In this document: one piece after another, positions 43,185-57,585 of the stretch
How the letters are laid out: every line of letters begins with the position of its first letter
Position numbering within the stretch: position 1 is the first letter of the stretch
NCBI GenBank assembly: GCA_050575255.1
Contig: JBNZDD010013677.1
Location: 3,649,707 to 3,713,706, forward strand
DNA: 64,000 nt
Origin: Harriotta raleighana
Lineage: Eukaryota
Reading direction: 5' to 3'
Position numbers and translations under genes: made by a program
The notes under the pieces: model-generated
Database searches by the model: none
The model's input: only the letters and a program-made list of their open reading frames with translations
What the model was told of the DNA's origin: nothing

Positions 43185-43520
43185 AACAATAATAATCTTT
43201 ATATTTGGTACAGTGGCATGTCTCAAAAGCACTTCACAGAATATACTGTGAAGTGTAGTGACAGCATTTTATAGCCTAATGCAGCAGTCGATTTGCACAT
43301 GCTGAATGCCCACTTTCACTTGGGGAATTGTTGGCCAGGACACCAGGAAAGAGAAAATCCCTTCTCTGAATAGGGTCACATGGGATCTTTAATATCCACC
43401 TAAACAGAAACAGACTGCATCTCAGTTCAATATCTAATAAGAAGGACGACACCTCTGACAAGACTGGGAGCTCAAAGTCCTGACTTCGAGTTTGATTTTA
43501 CAACTTCCTGACTCTGAGGA
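43185..43520 (-). mobile_element. Older Deu-type SINE, antisense
   Basis: TGTTGGCCAGGACACC..GGGATCTTTAATATCCACC is the reverse complement of the family core. Confidence 0.65.
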
Positions 43521-43878
43521 AATAGGACTAATGTGCCAGGCGGACATTCAAACAGCAGTCCTGTTAGCACAGTCTTGTGATTGGAGTTGTGCTATGCCCC
43601 ATGCACACATAGTGTTCCTCATGGCCAGATTCCCTGCCCTCGCTCGCTCCCCATGGTGACCAGTGGGGTGAGATAGGGGAGGGAAGGAAGGGAGTTTACA
43701 CACTCTCTGGCTCCATACACTAGAGAAAGCTCTGAGCAAAAGTGGAACATTTTGGATTCTGGAATGTCGTTATTACACTGACGGATAAAAGACAATTTCA
43801 AGCCATGCATTTGGCCGTTGGTGTTTGAGGAGTATTAGGAAGGAGAGAAAAGACTAATCTGTGTGCGTGTTGCTATGA

Positions 43879-44543
<665 letters not shown>

Positions 44544-44600
44544 GGCAGGATTCCCTGAATAAAGTTAATTTGCAGCTAGGTTCACAATGAACCCTAGTGA

Positions 44601-44828
<228 letters not shown>

Positions 44829-45113
44829 TGACTTGAGAGGGGTCTGGAGCCATTCACTCACTAACTCTCATTGGCATTTGTCAAACCAGAGTCTCAGAGG
44901 AGACCAGCTCACTCTGACCATGTGTAAAACCTCCTACAAACAGATCCGGAGCTCTCCCCTCCCTCCCTCCCTCCCTCCCATGTCCCTCTCACCCTTACTC
45001 AACCACCCTTCCTGCCTCTCACCCTCTCCCTTACTCCCTCCACACACCTCCCCTCAACTCCCCTGGTCAGGATTGATGCTGTTTAATCTGTTGTGTGTTT
45101 TCTCTGGTCTCAG

Positions 45114-45302
45114 CCCCCTATTGCAGCCCCCCGAGCCCGGCCAGTCACGGCTCCATCCACAGCCAGACCGGGAGTCACCCGGGCAGCACCGTGCGGTTCA
45201 GCTGTGATCCTGGCTATCGGCTGATTGGCCAGGGTGTGGCCACCTGCACCCGATTCCCCCAGGGTGGGTACAAGTGGAACACCATACGCCCCCTCTGCCA
45301 AG
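45114..45302 (+). CDS. CSMD2: CSMD2 exon, Sushi14 (APYCSPPSPASHG...WNTIRPLCQ)
   Basis: tctcag| and |gtaaga; first of the tandem Sushi array. Confidence 0.93.
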
Positions 45303-46140
45303 GTAAGAGAATCACTGTCCTTCCAGCAAGTCTCCCCACTCAAGTCGCATGATCCCGCATATTACATCTTAATCCCACTCAGTCCCGCTCATCCCACTTG
45401 ATCTACAATGTGTATTTTCCAGCACAGGGAAGGTGGGTCTAGGACTCTATGTTGATCAGGAGCATGGAATCTCTGGTTGATTTTCTTCTCTCTATGAAGC
45501 CATTGGGGAAGGCTACTGGAGTCTAACCATCTAAAGTTTGAGGTGTAGTTTAACAAAAGCCAAGGCTTGGGGACCCCAGAATGTGCGTTGGAGTAACTGC
45601 TGGAGTTAGAACCCATTGGAACAGCAGAGCATTGATATCGCTGTCTGTTAAGCTTTCCTGCTGCTTGCCCAGCTAGGACCACCCTTCCAGTCAGGGCTTT
45701 GGTTTGCAGGGTTAACATGAGCTGAGTAAGATGACTCCTTGCCCCCAGTGACTGGTCTGCTCTTCCAATGAGTCAGGCTGGGCTGTACTGTCATCAGCAG
45801 TGTCCTGGAATACTGTGGACCTGTCTGGCTCAGGAACTGGACAATCATAATAATCCTTACATTTATATAGCGCTTTGCACATCTTATCGATGTCTCAAAG
45901 CGCTTCACAGAATACAACAATGTCCCAAGGTAGGGACCAGAGCAGGAGGGGAGGGGTCTTGAGAGATGGCCCAGAGAGACGCCAACGAGCACACTGACAC
46001 TTCATATCAGGCACATTAAGCTATCCTGATCTTTAGTTTCCAGTACATGTCGCCGCAGCTTTACAAGGTCAAAAGTATTTCTCGTGCTAAACTCTGCTCT
46101 CAAACCAACCTTCGGTTTCTTGTTCTTGTTCCTTATCCAG

Positions 46141-46326
46141 CCATTTCCTGCGGCGTTCCCAAGGCCCCCGGGAATGGAACTGTGTTTGGCCGGGAATACA
46201 CGTTTGGGACCAGAGCCATCTATCAGTGTAATGTGGGATTCCAATTACTGTCCGGGGATCATTCAACAGCCGCCTGCCAGGAGAATGGGAAATGGAGCAA
46301 CAATAACCGGCCTCCGCTGTGTGTGG
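46141..46326 (+). CDS. CSMD2: CSMD2 exon, Sushi15 (AISCGVPKAPGNG...WSNNNRPPLCV)
   Basis: atccag| and |gtgagt. Confidence 0.93.
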
Positions 46327-46572
46327 GTGAGTCAGAGATACCTGACCGCAGCTTCAGCCTCTTACACACTGTCTTCAGTGACACAGTAGCAATGGCAGAG
46401 AGTATACAAGGTCAGAGGATCATGGCTGCCTCCACTTGGGAGTAAGGTAGCTTCCTCTGGAGGCGATAAAGCCAGCAGCCACCAGAGACACCCAAAGGGT
46501 GAATTTAAACTGTGGGGTTGCTAATTGTATTTTGTGTTAAAGCATCCTGTCTGAACTGCTGCTGGCTCCTCC

Positions 46573-47118
46573 GCTCCAGTGCGGACCAAGCACCAGCACA
46601 GATACAACGCGGAAGGAGCAGGGAATAGAGTTATAATAGAGAGCTCCAGTGGGAGATCGAGCACCAGCACAAATACAATGGGGAGGAAGCAGGGAATGGG
46701 GTTAGAGTAGAGAGCTCCAGTGGGGGTGTGAGCACCAACACAAACATGATGGGGAGAGAATAGGGAATAGGATTAGAGTAGAGAGCTCCAGTAGGGGATT
46801 GAGCACCATCTGACACCACCAGATGCAATGGGGACAGAGCAGGGAATGAGATTAGAGTAGAGATCTTCAGTGAAGGGATTGACATCACTCCCACGTGTAA
46901 ATGGAATTGTCTGACTGTTGTGTTTCCATTAAAAGAGACCACTAAAAAACCATTGCCCCTGCCTGCAGTTAGCAAAGTGTCAAGATCAGAAAACATATCA
47001 GAGAGAAAAGTAGCAGGGAATGGGGTTAGAGTAGAGAGCTCCAGTGGGGGAGTGAGCAAGAGGACAGGCATGGTAGGGGAGAGAGCAAGGAATAGGATTA
47101 GAGTAGAGGATTAGAGTT
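46573..47118. repeat. ~71-bp minisatellite, about 4 + 1.5 copies, interrupted
   Basis: GCTCCAGT recurs at 46573, 46643, 46714 and 46785; unit contains GCAGGGAATGGGGTTAGAGTAGAGA. Confidence 0.85.
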
Positions 47119-47414
47119 GGTAAACAAAAAGCAGTACTAGACTCTTATTAAAAATGTCATAATAGTGTGACCGACAAACACAGAGTCAAAGAGTTTTACA
47201 ACCAATGACATTGAAATTAGGACAAGGAGGAGTTGATCAGATCAGGAGCAAAGATTCCTCCCATTTGTTGCAAGTTATCTTGGTTTGGGCCAAAGCGGTT
47301 TGGAACCCAAAACAGAAAGATAGATTTTAATCAGTTTATCACAACAGCCGATCAACAGCCAGCGATTTTAGTGAGTAATGAAGTGCTGAGTTACTATGGA
47401 TTGTGTTGTTACAG

Positions 47415-47609
47415 CGGTGAACTGTCCAGATCTCAGCAACATCCCCATAGAGCATGGAAGATGGAAACTGCTATATGGAACAACAAATCAATACCCAGCT
47501 CAGGTGATGGTCACCTGTGAGCCTGGGTATCACCTGGAGGGCACCCGGCTCCTTCAATGCCTGGCCAATACATCATGGAGTGCAGAAGAGCACAATCCGA
47601 GTTGTAAAG
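47415..47609 (+). CDS. CSMD2: CSMD2 exon, Sushi16 (AVNCPDLSNIPIEHGRW...HNPSCK)
   Basis: ttacag| and |gtaagt. Confidence 0.93.
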
Positions 47610-48100
47610 GTAAGTTGGCGACAAGTCCAGAAATTGAAATCAACTCTTAATAGGAAGCTGGCCTCACCTCCGTGGAGTCCGCAAGAGATGGTTTCTTGAC
47701 ATCTGTCTAGGCTTTGCTCGTTTGTATCAGGTGTCAGCCTGGCTCAGTGGGTAGCACTATGGCCTCTGAGTCAAAGCCTCACCAAGTAACACTTTGAATT
47801 TGTATTCACTCCACTCCAATGCAGTGCTATGGTCACCTCCCCCGTTTCTCCCCGGCTTACAGATAAACTCCGCCATTATTCAGCAATTTGAAACTAACCC
47901 ACGTAAAGGGAAGTATATAAATGCAAGTTATTGTCAGAACTTAATCGAATAGTTATCTGTATTACCATAGAACAAATCATTATTCTTGAGTACTTTTAAG
48001 TACATCTTAACAATAAGTGGGTCACCGAGGAAAGTAAGCAATAATTTCTCTTGTGATTCTCAATCTGCTACCTCACATCTTGGAGATGGTGTCATTCTAA

Positions 48101-48367
<267 letters not shown>

Positions 48368-48535
48368 TGAAGAAGATTTACGAGCACTTTGAGTTCTATC
48401 TTGAAGTTAATAGAATCCTATCCTGTCCCTCCCTCCCCTCACTCAAGTACCGCCTAAATATGTACTTCTTTGACTATACTTTCAGTCATCTTTCTCCCTC
48501 GGTTTCTCAGTGCAGATACTCAGCTTGCAGTGTGA

Positions 48536-48871
<336 letters not shown>

Positions 48872-50276
48872 TGATCCTTCTTCTGATTCAACATTGGGAT
48901 ATCTGCTGCGAGTGAGGTTTGTGCTCACAGTCTAGGCTGATGCTCCAATACACTGTTGGGGTCACTGAAATTCTGTGAAGTGTTTTGTAATGTCTTGGCA
49001 ACGTGATAGGCATAAATAATAATGTAGTGTAATATGCTATACATTTTGTATTTAGCTTTTCACGTCAGGGGACATTTCACAGGATTTCAACACATTTCAA
49101 AGTGTTCCAAGGATGTCCCAAGACCCTGAAATGGGACCTCATCCAAAGGACGGCACCTCTGACAATGTAATACATATTCCACACTGGAAAGGAGCCACTC
49201 TGACACTTGCTAGGATGTAATGATTATTATTTTTTATTATTAGTACAGTAGTAGTATTAAATGCTGAATACAAATTGATGGATCATGTATTAATTTAAAC
49301 TGTGAGGTCCATTGTGAGTCAAGTGTAATGCTATCTTTACCCAGTACCTATACACGTACTGCAACAGTGGCCACTGGATATCAATTGGAATTTCTCTCAG
49401 CTCTACCTGGAGCTCTGAGTGTGTGAGACAAGCTCACCTTTAATCATAGATGTTTGCAGCAATTCACAGATATCACAGTGGTCGATTCAGTTGAATATTC
49501 GGGAACAAAATGTCCGAACACAGACAAGTACATGACAGCAGCGGAATATTCCCAATTATTAAAAGGAAAGAGAAAGGTGATCTGTACAGCTCTCAAGATA
49601 AGTTCAAAGCTGAAGGTTGCTTTTAATGTCATGTTAACAGATAATGTAATGGCCAGAAAGGTTCCTTCCAAAAGAACCTGGGCACATATGTAGTTTGTTC
49701 TTCTTAAATTGCGGGCAGGTAGGTCGCAGTCACCTTGCAATACTGGAGAGTCATTTGTCACACTTTGTACTTTTATTGCCAATGCCTGTAGGAGAGCGAG
49801 AGATGCACTGACATTCATTATTGTGTGAGACTCTCTTTTGATGCTTTGAAATAGTTACCCAACAAGCCTGGATTTGCACTGCGTGTGTGGAGTAATAGCA
49901 CACACACACACCACCTCCAAAGCTCTATATAAATTATACCAGAAACTCATTTGTGTCAGTTCCTAGCTTTTCTATCCTGAGAGTAATGCCTTTTACGAGA
50001 TTGAGAATAGATTGTATTGTATTGGGTAATTGGCTCAGCACTGGCCTCTGTCCTTTTGCGGTCTCCATCCTAAAGCAGTTTATTTCATATCAAGTGAAAA
50101 CAGGTGAAAGGCCAAGAGCCAATGGACAGCTGAAGAGTGAAGCATAGAAACCGATAGAACAATTGATTTGGGGTTTACAAACCTAATACTGTACTTGCAG
50201 AATAAACAAAGACTGAAAGACAAAGAATTTGTCATTTTTGAGGCGATGAGCAGCTCTGGTGTCATTCTACTCCAGA

Positions 50277-50640
50277 AATCCTGTACCTTCGTGGTTAGAG
50301 CACTTGCCTTGCAGGCAAGAGAACCTCGATTCGATTCCTGGGCAGGGCCAAATGCCTATTAATATGGCAAAAAAAATGAAAGTTGTTGTACTATATAAGA
50401 ACCTAGTTGTTAGTCAATTGACAGATTGTTTTTCAGGTAATAATCTATTCAAAATAATTAAACAATAATAATCATTCGATGCACAACTGTTTGTCGGACA
50501 CAGCTGTGGGCAATTGGCTGTAATTCACCCACAAATTATGATCAATTCATTTTACAGTATATCATGTGAATGGCTTTGAGAGGTCTCAAAGACTTGATAA
50601 TGCACTAGCTATACCAAATACAAGGCTTATTGTTATTATA
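50277..50640 (+). mobile_element. tRNA-headed SINE, decayed
   Basis: GTGGTTAGAGCACTTGCCTTGCAGGCAAG..TTCGATTCC head, core, tail. Confidence 0.75.
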
Positions 50641-51637
50641 AACCTCTCTCACTCTTTAGACTCCAGTCACATTGCTTTCTCATGAGCTGGGAGTGTGCTG
50701 CATTGCTACAGACACTGCCCTACAGTGAAGCAGTAAATCCAAGCCTGTTCAGATTAAAAATCCTATGCTGTTGGGAAATAGAAGGGAGTTTCTCTCTCCC
50801 AGGGTCCTGGCCAACAATTCCCCAGATAAACTTGGATCTTCACTTCATGGTTATTTGTGGAACATTTCAGAGCACAGATTATGCATTGCCTGTCGTGTCT
50901 GCCGATAATACACAATTATTACACGCAGCCGTCCTCAGGTTTTGTTGGGGTTTATAAAGTGCTGTTTTTTGTGGCACTGATTTGTGGAGTGTGGAATAGA
51001 TTTATAATCCATACTACTGTATATAGACAAGTCAACGGAAGGCGTGTAGATAGTATCTGATGGACAGACAATACTTTGAGAAATGTCTCCGTGTCTGAAA
51101 CCTGGCGGAATGTTAAAGGTTCCTTTCTCGCTGCTAAAGGCAGCCATCACTTGTACCTCTGGAGCTCCTGAGATATGGCTGTTTTAACATTGGGAACAGA
51201 CACAGGCATTTCACTCGCCATCACCCAGGAGATTCAGTAACCAGGGCAATGGGCAGCAATTCACTGCTGCCTGACACACAGGGTGCAGATTGTGGTCATC
51301 TCCATCTCAACCCAATCCATGCACATCCGCTGCCTCACACTGTGGAAAGTAACACTGCTAAATCACTGTGTTCTCAGTTTCACAAGCCTGGGACCCGACT
51401 GAGACTCCACTTGAGTTCAGCATTGACTGTAGTCTGACCAAAGCCAATGCAAAGTGATTTTATAATAATAGTAATAAAGATTGCATTGGATGTAACACCT
51501 TATCTCATCACTGTCTATCATCTCCACAAATTTTTTCACAGCTGCATTTTTAGGCATCAAACCTCTATATTGTAGAGTTCTCCTGACTCGGAGTGAGGAG
51601 TTGGCAGGTTAGGAGGAGTCGGCCAGATTCCCTACTC

Positions 51638-51995
51638 AACAACAACAACTTGCACTTATATACCGCCCTCAACACCGGGTGGCATCTCAAGGCGCTTAAC
51701 AGTGGCTGAGCCTGACTCTGAGCTGGTGGATGCTGGAAGCACGGTCAAAGAGATACGTTTTTAGGCAGGACTTGAAAAGGGGATTGAGGGGGAAAGGCAG
51801 AAGGGGATGAGAGAGAGGATTCCAGTATTTCGGGAGCGTAGTGCAGCCTCAGAGGGTGGGAGGGACGAGCAGGAGGCCGGTGCCAGATGAGCGAAGGTAC
51901 CGAGTGGTGAATTAGTGAGTGAGGAGGAGGGAGAGGTGGGGAGGTGCCAGGGTGTGACTGGATTTTAATATGATTGTGAGAATCTTGAAGTCTTA
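51638..51995 (-). mobile_element. L2-like 3' fragment
   Basis: (CAA)n-CTTGCACTTATATA tail followed by purine-rich RT C-terminal remnant. Confidence 0.65.
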
Positions 51996-52814
51996 CTCTT
52001 GAATAAAGTTTAAAAACCAGGTCTCGTCATCAGTTACCACTGAACTTGGGTTGTGCTGAGCCTTGGCTCCTCAGCGATGGGGAAGCAGGGGAAACCTGCA
52101 CATCATTACCCCAGGTCTCACCTCATCTCACAGCCTATGATACCATGGCATCATAATATCAGCTCCTGTACAGAGTCCAGGATCACACATCGAGCTGGAG
52201 GTAGCAATTCACTCCCCACAGCTGTTGTGTGACTGAGTCTAAACCTCTGTATATGTTCCGTATACACTGGGAAACAGCAGAAATCCAACAGCAACTTGCA
52301 TTTATGTAAAAATATTAAAATCCACACATTATTCACTTGTTGCAGGGTATAGATGCTGTGCTGGTGATTGTATTTGAACTCTGAAACCATTGATGAATAA
52401 ATCCTCTTTCCTGGGACCTTCTAACCTCTGCCCGAAGCTCAGTCTGGTACAAATGTTGCACGTTTTCATACAGTGTAAACCGAGGTCCCAGCTGTGTTAC
52501 CAACAATAACAGCTGGCATTTATCTATATGATGCTCTATATGGTGCCTAGTGGCACCAGAGAGTGACATTATTTCAAAAGTTAAAAGATTTTCTCTAGGT
52601 GTGTTAGCCGACAATCTCCAGATAAAGTCAAATGTTCACTTTGTGGCTTGTTTGTGTCGCCTACAAAATATTCTCTCACTGCATACAATAGTAAATCAAT
52701 CCTGTGAGGAACTTTGTGGTGATCTCCCGATGTGAAAGGCACTGTATTGAATGCAAGGATAATTGTTACGGAGAGAAATGTGACGGAACTAAGAGTTATC
52801 TTTCTCCTCTTCAG

Positions 52815-52988
52815 CTATCACATGTGGTCACCCTGGCAACCCAGTGAATGGCAAGACACAAGGAAACCAGTTCAACCTGAATGACATGGTGAGCTTCACC
52901 TGTAACATGGGATACACGCTGCACGATGCTGCCAGGGCTCAATGCCAATCCAACGGGCAGTGGAGTAACTTGCTGCCGACATGTAAAG
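52815..52988 (+). CDS. CSMD2: CSMD2 exon, Sushi19 (SITCGHPGNPVNGKTQGNQFNLND...WSNLLPTCK)
   Basis: cttcag| and |gtaaga; read manually; 174 bp. Confidence 0.93.
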
Positions 52989-53096
52989 GTAAGAACAGCG
53001 GCTGACGATGGAGGAGGAGGGAGGTCCCAGAGGTGCGGAGACAGTGGACCCTTTTTTTAAAAATTGAAAAAATGTCTCACTATTGTCTCACTGCAG

Positions 53097-53285
53097 TGGT
53101 TAATTGTTCAGACCCGCTGCACATTGAAAACGGGGTCCGCAGAGTGCAGCTGAACATTGCCCAGAGGTTTCGGTACGGCAGCAGTGTCTCGTACGAATGT
53201 AGCCCCGGCTATTACCTGCTGGGCTCCCACATACTCACCTGCCAAGGCGACGCTTCCTGGGACCGATCTCTCCCACGGTGCCTTT
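53097..53285 (+). CDS. CSMD2: CSMD2 exon, Sushi20 (VVNCSDPLHIENG...WDRSLPRCL)
   Basis: ctgcag| and T|gtaagt; follows a 108-bp intron. Confidence 0.93.
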
Positions 53286-53444
53286 GTAAGTAACCGCAAG
53301 CTCCAAAAATATCCCAGACTGATTGTGATCCTCTGCTAACTCCCGTCCTACACTTCTCCCCCACCTCCCATTCTTGTGCTCTGTCTTGTGTGATGCTCAT
53401 GTGGCAGGCACGCAGCTGTGCAGATGTTTTGTCTTATCCACCTG

Positions 53445-54060
53445 AGGTGTCAGCCTGGTAGCACTCTCGTCTCTGGTTGTGGCTTCAAGTCCTCAATCGG
53501 TACTTTGTACTAAAATAATCCAGGCTGACACTCCAGTGCAGTGCTGGGGGTGTCAACTTTGGCTAAGTGTTAAGACAAGGTCCTGTTTACCTGTTCAGGT
53601 GGCTGACTCCCTGTCAACCTACCCACCCCCTCAGTTCAGCAGGCTCCTGTCTACTCAATGTTTCCCACCCGCCCTTCCCTACCATTGGTGGCCAGGCTTT
53701 CAGCCTCTCTGCCCTCACACTCGGGAATTTCATCCCACAGTCCCTTCGCCTCGCTTCTTCCCTTCCCTCCTCCGGTCTCAAGACCCTCCTTTTCAATCTT
53801 GCCTTCTGCCACCCTCCTACTTCTCTGTCTCCCCTCCCCCTACCCTGCCCCTCGCCCTTTGCATGGGTGCCAACCCCTGACTGTTCAGCCGCTTGGGACG
53901 TTCTCCTGACACAAAAGGCGTTCTATAAATGTAATTTTGTTGTCGTTGTTAAAGATCCTGTGGCAATATTCATGAAGGAGAAAGGGATTTCTTACCCAAG
54001 GTGTCCCGACTAATAATCCCCCAGATAACAATTGGTCACTCGCTTGATACCAATTATTAT
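53445..54060 (+). mobile_element. Deu-type SINE interrupted by an L2 3' fragment (about 53600..53950)
   Basis: SINE core breaks after CTGTTCAGGTGG and resumes at TTAAAGATCC; insert has PTIGGQAFSLSA and a (GTT)n tail. Confidence 0.7.
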
Positions 54061-54231
54061 TACTGTGACAAAGTCTTACAGATGTCCTTTAAAAACTCGT
54101 CAAGCTCTCACTTGTGATTTAACTGCAGAAGTGTTCTGTCTGCAACACCTGTCATTGGGAAAAATAACTTTTCAAAAACAGAACTAGGCTGCACCTTCAG
54201 GGATTCCAGTGTGATAAATTTGGAAGGATAA

Positions 54232-54720
<489 letters not shown>

Positions 54721-55424
54721 TGATTCAAATAATGGACAGGTGTGTGGAGGGTACGATCACACAGTGAGTACAGCCGTGAGACGGCTCTCTCTAAATGCAA
54801 AATAAGAGGGAGGCAAAACTCAACTTGATAACGCAGTTTGGATTGGACCAATGTTCTGGGGACAAAAATCTGGTCCTGTTGCGAACCACATTGTTAATAA
54901 CTAATACACCGTAAACACACCTGCTGATCTGCAGGATCACTTTAATACTGAAATATGACCATGTTTGATACTAATACTTTGCTTTCTATAATGTAAAACA
55001 ACATCAATCATTTTCATTGATATAGTGCCCTTCACACAGGGCAGTGTCCTGGACAGGGCTTGTCAAAGGTGGAGCACTACACTGAGCTGGGGCGAGGGGA
55101 GGTGACCATGGGTCAAATAGGTGACCATAATTGTGACCCGAGGATGGGGAAAGAAGGAGCACGGTCTAGGGATAGAGGGAGAGTATTCCAGAGTTTCGGA
55201 GAGGAGGGCACGAGGGAGATGGAAGCCGGCTGGATCCAGTTGAGCGGAGGCTGCGGATAGCAAGTTGGCAGGTAACCAGCTCCAAGAGATAAAGAGGTGC
55301 CAGAGTCTAAAGGGATTTGAAAACAAGCGTAAACGTTTGGTGGTGTTTGCTCTTGAATGTTCTATTTGGGGTCAAAGGTCAGAGGTGGGCCTGACTGGGC
55401 GACACCAGGGGATGAATGGTAAAT

Positions 55425-55810
55425 ATGTGGCTCAATGGTAATACTCTCACCTCTCAGCCAGAGAGTTATGGTTCAAACCCCATGTCAGCACTTTGAGCTC
55501 ACAGTGTAGACAACCCTGCAGTGTACTGTATTGTTAGAGGTGACGTCTCTCAAATGAGTCACTAATCCGCAGTCCTGTCTGCTGATTGAGGTCGTCGTTA
55601 AGATCCCAGAGCACGATTTGGAAAGGAGAAAGAGAAGGGAGTTTATCCTGGTATCCTGGCCATCAGTTGATCATTCACTTTATGGCTGTTTTGGGGGCAT
55701 TGCTGTGTGAAAATTGGCTGTTGATTTTTTTACCGACAAATAGAGTCAGAGTCACTGCACTTCACATTTTGCACTTCGAGATGTCTTGACAACATGGTTA
55801 TTATGTAAAA
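55425..55810 (+). mobile_element. Older Deu-type SINE
   Basis: GGCTCAATGGTAATACTCTCACCTCT..GGTTCAAAC head and core. Confidence 0.65.
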
Positions 55811-56799
55811 TCAATGTTCCCAAAGAATATTCATGGGTTCAGAACAAGGTGGTTTTGTCCTCTGAAGCATAGCTTACAATAATCATTGAATTTGAATAAA
55901 TAAATAATGCCAGCCATCCAGAAAGGCTCAACGCCGAATGCAAAGATTATTATTAAGATTAATGGCAGTTAATATTTTGTTTGGTGTTTAGGGATTAGAT
56001 TATTAGTGTGTGTCTAGGGCAGCGAGTAATACTGAGGTCTGAACACTAACGCTATCAATCGTGACCTCCGATGTGTGAAGTATGCTGTCAACGTCACCCC
56101 AGAATTTGGACACAACATGACAGAGGAACCCACAATACATTTCAATCACTTCTCCCTGTTTAGTTTTCTTTCCTGGAGCCAACCCAAACCAGAGAGTGTG
56201 AAAGTTTGGCATTAATTGAGACCTATAAGTGCTTTGATTTAGAAAATCCTTTGGAGGACATTGCTATTTCCCGGCTACTGCAGCTAGTGACGTGAAGGAA
56301 GTACCTGTGTTTGTCTCTGGAGAGAAACCCTTTAAATTAAGGACCGATTGTATTCATTGAATCTGAATGTGTATAGAATCTCTAATGTATTGGTGAGGTT
56401 GAGCTCTGTCCAACCTAATGACTAACATTGTGAGCACCAGCCCCTGTCTCTCTCCTCTGTGCTGTCTCCTCCAGGGTCATGTAGTCTCCATGCCTGTAGG
56501 CTGACTGCCTCACTGATTGCTTTCCATCCAGTCTCGGGATGTGTATTTTGGCTGTCCGAGCTGCAACCTCCTAAAATGCTCTTACTTCCACTCCTCACCC
56601 TTTGCTACTCATACTCAGTTTTTCTCTCCCACTGTCCTCCGTGTCTTCCAGACCAAGCCACCCCGACTGTCCCACCTCCCTCTCTCCGTAAGGCCCCCTC
56701 CCCAGTCTTTGGAAGATAAACCCCTCTTTTCCTCCACATCCTTCCCAATTCTCTTCCCCCTCATACTTGAGTCATTCTCCCCCACAATCTATCCCCCAC

Positions 56800-57141
56800 T
56801 TCAGAATCTCCTCCCCCTCCATTGCCCCCAACAGCATTGCACTCCAAAACCTCCTCCCAGTCTCTGACGAAGCTCTTACCATCCACTACCTCATCCTGGA
56901 GAAGCACATTGATGTTCTTGAGCTTGCTGAAACCTGGCTGCCTCTCCAGCACTCATCCACGCCCGCCCCCCCCCCTCCACCACCTATCCATCATCACCAC
57001 CTGCCCGACCAATGTGATGGTGAGATGGCCCTCAACTCCCAGATCTGTCTCAGTCTATCTCTCTAATCCTCTGGCTCCCTTAAGCTCTCTGAGCCGCTAT
57101 CCCAAGTGCAGGGCACTATATAAATGCATGTTGTTGTTGTT
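56800..57141 (+). mobile_element. L2 APE-endonuclease N-terminal remnant followed by a 3' tail
   Basis: IALQN..ALTIHYLILEKHIDVLELAETWL (ETW motif); tail GCACTATATAAATGCAT(GTT)n. Confidence 0.65.
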
Positions 57142-57344
57142 GAATGAGCTACACTGGAATGTTTGATCAATTTCATCAGCTCAGGTTAAAGCAAAGCCAG
57201 TACTATGCAGTGATGGAAGTGTGAACCCTTCACATGGCCAAGTTCAAACCCCTACTTTTACAGGCTGTTGAGATGTAGACAGATGATCTCCTGTATATTA
57301 GAAAGACCTGAGGAGTAAGCTGTTGGGGTACTTGAACAGGGAAA

Positions 57345-57585
57345 ATTCTTGGGCAAGTTTCCTTACTCCACACACCTGATAATAATCCCCCAATAAAAAT
57401 ATTACACAAAAAATAATATTATACTCACACATTCCATGATTATTTGTGGGACATTGTTGCATGCAATTGGCTGCCCGGTCTAGCCCCCAAAATATACAGT
57501 CAATTCACTTTACAGTATGTTCTGTGACACGCTTTGAGACGTCTAGAAGACGGGGACTGCTGATCAAATACAAGGATGATTATTT
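57345..57585 (+). mobile_element. tRNA-headed-family SINE lacking its head
   Basis: TTGGGCAAGTTTCCTTACTCCACA, core and tail. Confidence 0.75.
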
